From IMG/VR virus record IMGVR_UViG_3300025644_000002: DNA of 64,000 bases. One strand, given 5' to 3'. Origin of the DNA: a virus. Taxonomy: Duplodnaviria; Heunggongvirae; Uroviricota; Caudoviricetes. Positions 57,099-64,000 of the stretch are shown piece by piece. Both the position numbers and the translations under genes were made by a program. The notes beneath the pieces are model-generated. The model was not told the origin of the DNA, searched no databases, and saw only the letters and a program-made list of their open reading frames with translations. The first letter of the stretch is position 1; the number at the start of each line of letters is the position of its first letter.

Positions 57099-57634
57099 TG
57101 AGAACAATTCACATATACGGGGGGTCATTTGATCCTCCTCACTTGGGACATATGGCAGCTGTTGAATACTTAAATAATAAAATATATAACTCCGAATACC
57201 CTAGTTCAGATTTATTACTTATTTGCCCGTCATTTAATCCCTTTAAAATAGAACAACCTCTTCAAAGCGATTACAACGACAAAGTAGCAATGTGTGCTAA
57301 AGCTTTCCCAAATAACTTTATATTACATTATAACCATACGTATATGATGAGTTTAATTAATCATATACAGATTATGTATTATAATGTGAATATTGTAATT
57401 TATGTAGGCGATGATGATACTGGGTTAGAAGTTCATAAGTGGCAGGATATTGATGAAATTAAAAAATGCGCAGCTATAGAGTCGATTGATTTAGGAAAGA
57501 TTTCAGAGTATACTCACGCAAGTAGCGGTAAAGTTAGAGAACACATTTGTAAAGCTGAGTATGAGTTGGCTGGAAGATTACTCGACGGAAGTATCTTTGG
57601 CTATATTATAGGACATCAACTATATAAAGAATAA
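57098..57634 (+). CDS. nadD: nicotinate/nicotinamide mononucleotide adenylyltransferase (NadD-like)
   Basis: GGSFDPPHLGH (HxGH nucleotidyltransferase motif). Confidence 0.65.
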   Translation: MRTIHIYGGSFDPPHLGHMAAVEYLNNKIYNSEYPSSDLLLICPSFNPFKIEQPLQSDYNDKVAMCAKAFPNNFILHYNHTYMMSLINHIQIMYYNVNIVIYVGDDDTGLEVHKWQDIDEIKKCAAIESIDLGKISEYTHASSGKVREHICKAEYELAGRLLDGSIFGYIIGHQLYKE

Positions 57635-57637
57635 ATT

Positions 57638-58021
57638 ATGGAAAGAATAATTACAGAAGAATATCTAATAGAAAATCCCACACACATTTTTGTGTTTGGA
57701 GATAATTTATTACGAAAAGGTAAAAAAGGTGCTTCAGAGCTTAGAGACCTCCCTAATGTCCTTGGGTTTATTACAAAAAAGTATCCTAATTATAAAGATA
57801 GCTCATACTACCATCCGGAAGAATACAAAACAGTTTTTGAAAACGAATTTGATATGTTAACAGCTATGATACAAGTCAAACATGATAACATATTCCTCAT
57901 ATCAAAACTAGGAAGCGGGTTGGCTAATAAGTACGGTATCTGGGAAAAAATCATTTGTAATAGACTAAAAGAATTAATTGAAGTAGATAATGTAGAATTC
58001 TTATTTGATTTTGAGAATTAA
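57638..58021 (+). CDS. hypothetical protein (127 aa)
   Basis: ORF track. Confidence 0.45.
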   Translation: MERIITEEYLIENPTHIFVFGDNLLRKGKKGASELRDLPNVLGFITKKYPNYKDSSYYHPEEYKTVFENEFDMLTAMIQVKHDNIFLISKLGSGLANKYGIWEKIICNRLKELIEVDNVEFLFDFEN

Positions 58022-58250
58022 AACCACTATACTTAAGTATATAACCAGTATACAAAATAAAGGAGCAGTTATGCAAAAAATGATAAGGGTGGGAAGTTGT
58101 TCCCAATGCCCTAAATGGACTGGATGCCCTCTAATCAGCAAACTGTCAGAACCGGATAAATGGACGTTACAATTTGGAGAAAAGGCGGACTTTAAAAATA
58201 GAGGTCTTTTAAAAGGTTGTCCATTGGAAAATGCTCCGGAAAAGAAATAG
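58005..58250 (+). CDS. hypothetical Cys-containing protein (81 aa)
   Basis: ORF track. Confidence 0.4.
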   Translation: MILRIKTTILKYITSIQNKGAVMQKMIRVGSCSQCPKWTGCPLISKLSEPDKWTLQFGEKADFKNRGLLKGCPLENAPEKK

Positions 58251-58322
58251 ACGCGGGAAGGATGTTGGCTTCCGGAAAGGACTCATAACTCTTTCAACGC
58301 GGGTTCGATCCCCGCTCCCGCT
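58251..58322 (+). tRNA. tRNA with anticodon loop CTCATAA (CAT; Met or Ile-lysidine type), C1-T72 mismatch
   Basis: T-arm GCGGG-TTCGATC-CCCGC; acceptor CGCGGGA/TCCCGCT. Confidence 0.5.
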
Positions 58323-58326
58323 ACAA

Positions 58327-58378
58327 GGCTCTCAGTGCACAAAACCGTGGCCTCATGAGCTGAGGTTGAGAGCTACCA
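58327..58378 (+). ncRNA. armless mini tRNA-like gene (52 nt): 7-bp acceptor stem GGCTCTC/GAGAGCT + A + CCA around a single CTCATGA-containing hairpin
   Basis: Lies between two CAT tRNAs; has no D- or T-arm. Confidence 0.3.
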
Positions 58379-58392
58379 ATTTAAAAATCAAA

Positions 58393-58470
58393 CGCGGGGT
58401 GATAGCAGTCTGGTAGCTTGCGAGGCTCATAACCTTGAGGTCGGGGGTTCGAATCCCTCCCCCGCAACCA
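58393..58470 (+). tRNA. initiator tRNA-fMet (CAT), CCA encoded
   Basis: CGCGGGG…CCCCCGCAACCA with a C1-A72 mismatch, as in E. coli tRNA-fMet; anticodon loop CTCATAA. Confidence 0.7.
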
Positions 58471-58529
58471 ATTCATTGTCGGAAGGCAATAATCCTATTA
58501 GTTAATAAGGTACAATAAACCTAATAGGC

Positions 58530-58603
58530 GCGGTGTAGAGCAGAGAATAGCTCGCCCCCCAGGCAGGGGGGAGGACACAGGTTAAAGTCCTGTCACCGCA
58601 ACC
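58530..58603 (+). tRNA. initiator-like tRNA-like gene with a C6/G6 anticodon stem, loop AGGCA/CAGGCAG (no U33) and T-loop TTAAAGT
   Basis: CGCGGTG…CACCGCA-A-CCA mirrors the fMet acceptor; D-arm GAGC-AGAGAATA-GCTC. Confidence 0.3.
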
Positions 58604-58606
58604 AAT

Positions 58607-58707
58607 AGTTAGGTCGTCCAAATAGACTAAGACATGTGAAAAACGGGTGGCGTGAACAGTCACTGGCGATTAGTAACATATATAGGTTTAAGTCCTATCC
58701 TAACTGC
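58607..58707 (+). tRNA. 101-nt tRNA-like gene with a perfect acceptor stem (AGTTAGG/CCTAACT), T-loop TTTAAGT and internal GTGA-acag-TCAC hairpin
   Basis: Too long for class I or II; no foldable anticodon arm. Confidence 0.25.
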
Positions 58708-59300
58708 TAGAGGGGAAGTTATCCGGATATATGCTGATGCATATCAGCGCAGGTGCAAGATCCTGTACTTCCCCACCAATTAACGCGAGTTCGTCTAAGT
58801 CTAGGAACCTCTTTGTTAGAGAGGGAATGTAGTGTAATAAACTACACTCGCGACCAAATTATAAGTAGGAAGTAGGCTTAGAAGCAGCCATCTTTTAAAG
58901 AGTGATAACTCATGCTCTAAACATGACGTAGCAGTTGGATAAAATCTACCTCCAGGGAAAAGGCATTGGGGGCTGTAGCTAGGAGTGCCTCCTAGTTGTC
59001 TTTGGCGTAACAGCACACTATTTATATACATTAATTAAACTTTCAAGTTGCCTTGAGGGCACAGAGGATGTACGATTGGAACAGAGGATGTATCGCACAC
59101 AGCGATCTGTTGAGAGGGCCTACGCTATCGGGTTGATCACCGATCGAACTAACGCCAAACATTCATGAGATCCTCGGTGAGCGACCTGAACAACTTGAAA
59201 CACCTTTACCCAGTAGCAATACTGGAGAAGAGTCGTCGAATAGAGCCCCAAGATCCCTTCTATTCGGCGATTTAGTTTATAACTGATAACTTAACCAAAA
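58708..59300 (+). ncRNA. Candidate structured non-coding RNA region (~0.6 kb)
   Basis: Nested stems GGGGAAGT…ACTTCCCC (58712-58774) around GCTGAT-gcat-ATCAGC; CGCGAGT…ACTCGCG (58785-58851); direct repeat ACAGAGGATGTA x2; a T-arm-like ATCGG-GTTGATCA-CCGAT; no plus-strand ORF. Confidence 0.3.
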
Positions 59301-59306
59301 AATAAA

Positions 59307-59666
59307 ATGATACAAATTAAAACATATAAAGATTATACTAACCCAGTAGTCCCTACCTATTCAGAAAAAACTTGGCAGATAGAAGCCCTAACACTAATAC
59401 GAGGAGCTATAGTACAGGCAGGACTCCGCGACTCATGCGATGTTAATAAGTATGCCCAAATAATAGATCCTGACATAATTAGCATATTACATGGGACTCC
59501 GTATGCTAATATGGATATCACGGGCCCTTGTATGGCAGTGGCTTATACACTACATTCCATATCTAGTACTTATATACAATGCGGATATAATGATAATGTA
59601 ATATCCATTAGATTAGACCATGCAGGAACCTGGGCAAAATTTGTGGAAGAGTTTAAGGAGCTATAA
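59307..59666 (+). CDS. hypothetical protein (119 aa)
   Basis: ORF track. Confidence 0.45.
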   Translation: MIQIKTYKDYTNPVVPTYSEKTWQIEALTLIRGAIVQAGLRDSCDVNKYAQIIDPDIISILHGTPYANMDITGPCMAVAYTLHSISSTYIQCGYNDNVISIRLDHAGTWAKFVEEFKEL

Positions 59667-60218
59667 ATGAAGCCTAAAAGAATTAAAGGTATATCTCCTG
59701 CAATAATGCTGACAAACCCAAAGTTTGCAGTTAACGTTGGAGCTACAGTTAGGGCAGCGTCATGTTGGGGAGCAGAGCAAGTTTATTGGACTGGACATAG
59801 AGTGCAGCATCCAGATGAATGGACAGAAAAATATAGACTTCCAAGGGAAGAACGTATGAAGGGATACAAAGAAGTATCTATGCATAGAGTTGATACGTTA
59901 AAACATACATTGAAAAATTTTAGCGAAGACACAGTTCCGGTAGCAATAGAATTAAGGCCTGGATCTGAAATGTTATTTGATTTTGAACATCCTGAAAACG
60001 CAGTGTATGTATTCGGCCCAGAAGATGGTGGGCTGGATTGGAAAACATTACAACATTGTCATCGATTTGTGGTACTACCCACGGCCCACTGTACTAATTT
60101 AGCAGCAGCCGTAAATGTAGTATTAGCTCATCGGAAAGAACAAAGATTTAAAAAGGGGTTAATTCCCGATATTTATGATTCTTTACAAGAGGATCGTGGA
60201 TTTATAGGTAACTGCTAA
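59667..60218 (+). CDS. SpoU/TrmH-family RNA 2'-O-methyltransferase
   Basis: IMLTNPKFAVNVGATVRAASCWG, VYVFGPEDGGLD and TAHCTNLAAAVNVVL match SPOUT motifs 1-3. Confidence 0.55.
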   Translation: MKPKRIKGISPAIMLTNPKFAVNVGATVRAASCWGAEQVYWTGHRVQHPDEWTEKYRLPREERMKGYKEVSMHRVDTLKHTLKNFSEDTVPVAIELRPGSEMLFDFEHPENAVYVFGPEDGGLDWKTLQHCHRFVVLPTAHCTNLAAAVNVVLAHRKEQRFKKGLIPDIYDSLQEDRGFIGNC

Positions 60219-60586
60219 TGAAAGTAAAAATAGTTTGTAAAACGTGCGAGGGTAAGGGTAAATATGACGCTAAAGGTTTAGTACCGTGGCCAATTCCTTG
60301 CCCTACCTGTGAAAGTAAAGGATATGACTTAGCTACCATTTGGGAAATAGATAACTACGATCAGTATTGTAACGGTTGTAAATACTTGGTAGATACTCAT
60401 GAATATACTGCAAATGGGCAGGGAATACAGTACATGCAGTATTGCTGTAAGGTAACAACTTTTCCAAAAATTGGAGGCGAAAACTGCTTTACTACTTTTG
60501 GAGATATACCAAGTCCGAGATGGTGCCCAGGAAAGGAACTAATTCCCAAAGATACAAAAATAACGATAACAATCAAAAATAATTAA
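60218..60586 (+). CDS. Cys-rich zinc-finger protein (122 aa)
   Basis: CKTCEGKGK…CPTCESKG. Confidence 0.45.
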   Translation: MKVKIVCKTCEGKGKYDAKGLVPWPIPCPTCESKGYDLATIWEIDNYDQYCNGCKYLVDTHEYTANGQGIQYMQYCCKVTTFPKIGGENCFTTFGDIPSPRWCPGKELIPKDTKITITIKNN

Positions 60587-60954
60587 TGAAAGACAATCGC
60601 CCTAATATTCGACAACTGAAAACGACGACAATATATTATAGAATTGTGGAAGAGTATAAGGGCGGAGTACGCACACTATTCCATGGAACAAACCGATCTA
60701 GACACTTAGAGCCTAATAAATGGCTAAAGTCTGATCAGAAACCAATAAAGGATGGAAGTCATGCTACGGTATATACTTCAGGTTGGCATTTATTGCCTAC
60801 GAAAGAAGCTGCGGAGGCCTTCAAAAAAGCGCAGTTTAAAACACGTCTCAACAAGCTCAAAATAATCCCTGTGCAAGTTAGGGGACTTATTTGGCCAAAA
60901 ATACATTCTCGAGCAGATATATGGCTTGCGGAATGGATAAAATATAAAAAATAA
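60586..60954 (+). CDS. hypothetical protein (122 aa)
   Basis: ORF track. Confidence 0.45.
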   Translation: MKDNRPNIRQLKTTTIYYRIVEEYKGGVRTLFHGTNRSRHLEPNKWLKSDQKPIKDGSHATVYTSGWHLLPTKEAAEAFKKAQFKTRLNKLKIIPVQVRGLIWPKIHSRADIWLAEWIKYKK

Positions 60955-60966
60955 GAAAGGAAAAAT

Positions 60967-61341
60967 ATGTTCTCATTTATACAATTAGGGAATATACAAA
61001 TAAAAAACGGATTTAGCGTTATGATTCTATGGTATTGCATTTTTCTTGCAATAGGGCTCTTAACTACCTCTGTGGAAATAATAGTATGCAATTTTATATT
61101 TGCAGGGTTAGGGTTACTCTCAATTAGCGCATATAAAACCGCAGGGGTACAGTATAGTCAACAGTTAAGTTTGACTTCAGCTAGTTTAAAAGTTATTGCC
61201 GCAATAGCAATAATCTTAATAGCTAAATACATAATAATCTTACATATTGTAGGGGTGGCTTTTTTAGTACCAGCTTTTGCAGCGCTTTATCACTTTATAG
61301 AGGCTGGATACGTTCAACACTTATTATTAAATGCATCTTAA
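60967..61341 (+). CDS. membrane protein (124 aa)
   Basis: Multiple TM helices. Confidence 0.45.
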   Translation: MFSFIQLGNIQIKNGFSVMILWYCIFLAIGLLTTSVEIIVCNFIFAGLGLLSISAYKTAGVQYSQQLSLTSASLKVIAAIAIILIAKYIIILHIVGVAFLVPAFAALYHFIEAGYVQHLLLNAS

Positions 61342-61347
61342 TAAACT

Positions 61348-61421
61348 GGTCCGGTAGCTCAATTGGTTAGAGCACCCGGCTGATAACCGGGAGGTTGATG
61401 GTTCAACTCCATCCTGGACCA
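61348..61421 (+). tRNA. tRNA-Ile (GAT)
   Basis: Acceptor GGTCCGG/CTGGACC; anticodon arm CCCGG-CTGATAA-CCGGG. Confidence 0.7.
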
Positions 61422-61602
61422 CATATTAAGGCGGTGGCGAAAGATAAAGAAAACAATTGATTTAACCAAAACTAATAGTTATATTTAAAAATGAAGAAGA
61501 ATTACATAATGCAATTTAGCTAGATTTGTTTGCGAGGTCCTCCTTGAAACTTAGATTACATAAAAATACAAGTAACTAAGTAACAAACTTCAAGGAGAAG
61601 AC

Positions 61603-61881
61603 ATGAACAAAACAATTTTAGAAATTAAAGAAGAACAAAAAAGTTTAGGAAAGGGGATCAGAGATCTCAAAAAGGAAAGAAAAGGAAATGGATCAGATTG
61701 GCAATTACAGTGTAATATTGAGACAAAGTCTACAGAGTTTAGACATAGGCATATTGCGCGCTGTGAGCTTAGAGGTCGCACTCGTGAGCAGATCGAGAGA
61801 CATACCAAAAATCCCCCAAATGAAACTAGAATAACATTATATAAAGAAGAATACGTCGAAAGAATTCAGGAGGGGTCATAA
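61603..61881 (+). CDS. hypothetical basic protein (92 aa)
   Basis: ORF track. Confidence 0.4.
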   Translation: MNKTILEIKEEQKSLGKGIRDLKKERKGNGSDWQLQCNIETKSTEFRHRHIARCELRGRTREQIERHTKNPPNETRITLYKEEYVERIQEGS

Positions 61882-61883
61882 TC

Positions 61884-62180
61884 ATGTCCCCTTTTTTATT
61901 TATATTATGTAGAAAGGATTTAGATCCAGTTTACGCAGCAGTCCAAGGAGGGCATGCAGTTGCAGAAATTTTACTTAATGGCAACACACAGGAATGGAAT
62001 AACGATTATCTCATTTATCTTGCAGTTCGGGATGAACAGGAGCTCGAAAAATGGCAATACAAACTTTCATCCCGGGATGTTAGTCATTCCTCTTTTTATG
62101 AGCCTGATTTAGACGGGCAACTAACTGCTATTGCAGTTGAAAATAATAATAAATTATTTAAAAGCTTAAGAACCTTATAA
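61884..62180 (+). CDS. PTH2-like (peptidyl-tRNA hydrolase 2 family) protein
   Basis: ILCRKDLDPVYAAVQGGHAVAE resembles the PTH2 VRxDL…GK…AQxxHA motif. Confidence 0.35.
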   Translation: MSPFLFILCRKDLDPVYAAVQGGHAVAEILLNGNTQEWNNDYLIYLAVRDEQELEKWQYKLSSRDVSHSSFYEPDLDGQLTAIAVENNNKLFKSLRTL

Positions 62181-62183
62181 ATA
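62176..62183 (+). promoter_or_regulatory. TATAAATA (T4-type late-promoter-like box) immediately upstream of the CUA tRNA
   Basis: ttataaatagtggctgggtagc. Confidence 0.3.
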
Positions 62184-62185
62184 GT

Positions 62186-62261
62186 GGCTGGGTAGCTCAA
62201 TTGGATAGAGCGGGGGACTCTAAATCCCTGTCAGCTACAGGTTCGAGCCCTGTCCCGGCCA
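62186..62261 (+). tRNA. putative amber suppressor tRNA (anticodon CUA, loop CTCTAAA)
   Basis: Hand fold: acceptor GGCTGGG/CCCGGCC (1 GU pair), D-arm TAGCTCAATTGGATAGAGC, anticodon stem GGGGA/TCCCT, U33 present, T-arm ACAGG-TTCGAGC-CCTGT. Confidence 0.65.
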
Positions 62262-62265
62262 CAAT

Positions 62266-62348
62266 GCCTTCGTGGTGGAAATGGTATACACGGCGGTCTT
62301 AGACACCGTTGGTTGAAAGATCTTGAGAGTTCAAGTCTCTCCGAAGGT
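62266..62348 (+). tRNA. tRNA-Leu (TAG), class II
   Basis: Anticodon arm GCGGT-CTTAGAC-ACCGT, long variable arm, acceptor GCCTTCG/CGAAGGT. Confidence 0.6.
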
Positions 62349-62393
62349 ACAGTGACATGTGTCACGATAATAGAATAATAAACAAGGAGAAAT

Positions 62394-63143
62394 ATGAAAA
62401 AGATACTTTTGCTATGTGTAACGCTGTTTACATTTACAATGGCCCAGTTCCCTACATTTGATACTACTGTTTCGCAGGATATCACTATTAGTGGGGATTT
62501 TGAAACCTTTTTAAATGTTAGCGATAGCGATTCACTAACAAACGATCTTGGCTATCTGGGATTCCAACTTCAAGGCGAAAATTGGAACCTGGGCCTCAAC
62601 ATTGAGAGTCAATTGGTCAATGTAGAAGAAGCCAACATCCGTTTTGGATTGTTTACAGTAGGACTACAACCACTTCCTTATGGAAATGCTTGGGCCTTAC
62701 ATAGACCTTCTCAAAGCAACTTCTATTCTACTCCTAGAATGCACGACGTGCAAACTGGAGTTTTAGTAGGAGATAGAGATTTTGGAATTTTCTATCAGAA
62801 CAACGATAATTATTGTTGGAGAATTGCTCCAAACTTTAATGATCTTTTAGGAATAGACACGCTTCAGTTAGGATATTCAGATAGTAACGCCCCCGGCGCA
62901 GAACCTATTTGGGATTTTAATACAGAAGCTTCATTTTTCAATATGACTGAAAAAGTTCAGTTTGAATACGTTGAAGATGAGATTCTTTGGTATACTACTT
63001 CACTTCAGTGGGGTAATATGGTAGGTTTATATGGCGAAATGGATGACGAAGCCCTTTGGGGTATTGGTTATAAATTCGGCAACGCCTATTTAGTATACGA
63101 AGACGGAGAGTCTAAGATATTGGCACTATCTGTCGAATTCTAA
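62394..63143 (+). CDS. secreted protein with signal peptide (249 aa)
   Basis: N-terminus MKKILLLCVTLFTFTMAQF. Confidence 0.5.
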   Translation: MKKILLLCVTLFTFTMAQFPTFDTTVSQDITISGDFETFLNVSDSDSLTNDLGYLGFQLQGENWNLGLNIESQLVNVEEANIRFGLFTVGLQPLPYGNAWALHRPSQSNFYSTPRMHDVQTGVLVGDRDFGIFYQNNDNYCWRIAPNFNDLLGIDTLQLGYSDSNAPGAEPIWDFNTEASFFNMTEKVQFEYVEDEILWYTTSLQWGNMVGLYGEMDDEALWGIGYKFGNAYLVYEDGESKILALSVEF

Positions 63144-63165
63144 AGAAAGTGTAGCGGGGCCTATA

Positions 63166-63196
63166 CCTCGACGAGCGGGTGAAAAGCCCGCCCTTT
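63166..63196 (+). terminator. Rho-independent terminator (GCGGG-tgaaaa-GCCCGC + CTTTGG)
   Basis: agcgggtgaaaagcccgccctttgg. Confidence 0.4.
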
Positions 63197-63271
63197 GGCT
63201 CCTTAGCTCAGTCTGGGCAGAGCACCTGGTTTACATCCAGGGTGTCGGCGGTTCAAATCCGTCAGGGGTCA
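63197..63271 (+). tRNA. tRNA-Val (TAC)
   Basis: Anticodon arm CCTGG-TTTACAT-CCAGG; T-arm GGCGG-TTCAAAT-CCGTC. Confidence 0.65.
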
Positions 63272-63294
63272 CAAATTTAAGAAAAGGAAAACAA

Positions 63295-64000
63295 ATGAAA
63301 ACTACAATAGTAGGAGGCAACTGGCAAGAACCAATTTTTGGAGATAAAACTTTAAAAAAAGAATCAAGTATTATAATTAAATTAGCACGCTTTTTTGAGG
63401 TTCCTACAGTTTATAATGGTGGAGATGTCAAAGATTTACCTGAAAAGGTTGACGGGCTTACAATTTGGATGCCTAATATTTCTAATGCAGTAACTAAGCA
63501 GTATCCAATAAAAAAAGTAGGTTCTTGCTTAATTGTTTCTAAAGTGGTTCGTAGGGCGGAAAGCACAGAGAGGTTAATAGAAAAAGCTCTAACAGGCCAC
63601 CATAAATATTTTGAGGCTGTTCAACGAATTTTTAAAATGCGGGCAAATGCAGTAATTGCAATTGAAAATACTCCTAATTTTAAAACTTTTAGTCTTATTG
63701 ACGCTTTAGGAAATATTTGGATAACTACTTGTAATACTTCAGCATTAGCTAATACTATTCATACATTTTATAACTGGAATAGTCAGCAAAAAAGAGTTTC
63801 TACACCAAAACATACTGAAATTGAAGAATTTATGCATTTAGTAAGAGAAAATGCAAAAAATATAATGGAAGGAACTTCCGATAGATACTTTGGCAACTGT
63901 AGCACTAGATGTATGTCTACATTTCCATCTGTAAGAAGTGAAAGCGGTTGTTTAGTTTCCCCTCGTAACGTTAGTAAACTTGAGTTAGAAGCTGGAGACA
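63295..64000 (+). CDS. hypothetical protein, 5' portion (runs off the window end)
   Basis: ATG at 63295 after an RBS GAAAAGGAAAA; open to the end of the window. Confidence 0.45.
   Translation, partial: MKTTIVGGNWQEPIFGDKTLKKESSIIIKLARFFEVPTVYNGGDVKDLPEKVDGLTIWMPNISNAVTKQYPIKKVGSCLIVSKVVRRAESTERLIEKALTGHHKYFEAVQRIFKMRANAVIAIENTPNFKTFSLIDALGNIWITTCNTSALANTIHTFYNWNSQQKRVSTPKHTEIEEFMHLVRENAKNIMEGTSDRYFGNCSTRCMSTFPSVRSESGCLVSPRNVSKLELEAGD

Noticed and set aside
62231-62485. Minus-strand ORF over the CUA and Leu tRNAs
   Set aside because: Antisense translation of tRNA genes; also overlaps the start of the real plus-strand secreted-protein gene
1-64000. Host with genetic code 4 (TGA=Trp) as explanation for in-frame TGAs
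   Set aside because: Plus-strand early and auxiliary genes use TGG for Trp and contain no in-frame TGA (ORFs are contiguous); TGA interruptions are confined to the late structural module, which fits phage-directed recoding rather than a global host code

Overview
Hand analysis of both strands shows a low-GC (~36%) window from a large tailed phage, probably a T4-like or jumbo myovirus. Every feature below was folded or aligned by eye; hand-counted coordinates may be off by 1-2 nt and should be re-derived by software.

Layout:
- 1-12.3 kb: plus-strand early genes, each behind a recurrent terminator/promoter cassette (T-run + ACCTTAAAAAGGGTATAAGAA).
- 12.8-18.6 kb: minus-strand late structural module, including a gp5/VgrG-like baseplate spike.
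- 18.6-19.7 kb: hairpin-rich non-coding region with a tRNA-like gene.
- 19.8-64 kb: long plus-strand block carrying about 30 tRNA and tRNA-like genes, tandem paralog families and an iteron-rich origin-like region.
- Auxiliary genes in that block: Thg1-like 3'-5' polymerase, Rnl1- and Rnl2-like RNA ligases, Pnk, TrmH, a PTH2-like protein, a complete Preiss-Handler NAD+ salvage set (PncA-like, PncB, NadD, NadE, Nudix) plus NADAR, an HflK/HflC pair, a vWA/PP2C/Ser-Thr-kinase triad, a small alarmone hydrolase and Hsp20.

The main finding is evidence for two kinds of stop-codon recoding:
- Late structural genes are long continuous reading frames interrupted only by single in-frame TGA codons, at least 10 of them, one inside the conserved OB-fold of the spike.
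- An ApaH/PP-lambda-type phosphatase is split between its GDxxDRG and GNHD motifs by a single in-frame TAG.
- A tRNA with anticodon CUA (amber suppressor) sits in the window behind a TATAAATA late-promoter-like box.
- No UCA-anticodon tRNA was found in this window.

Several tRNA genes are non-canonical: C33 in tRNA-Lys, tetraloop-capped anticodon arms, an 8-nt anticodon loop, class-II bodies carrying UGU and GUG anticodons, mismatched acceptor stems, and an armless mini-tRNA-like gene. Together with the encoded tRNA repair and editing enzymes this suggests a tRNA-centred counter-defence system.
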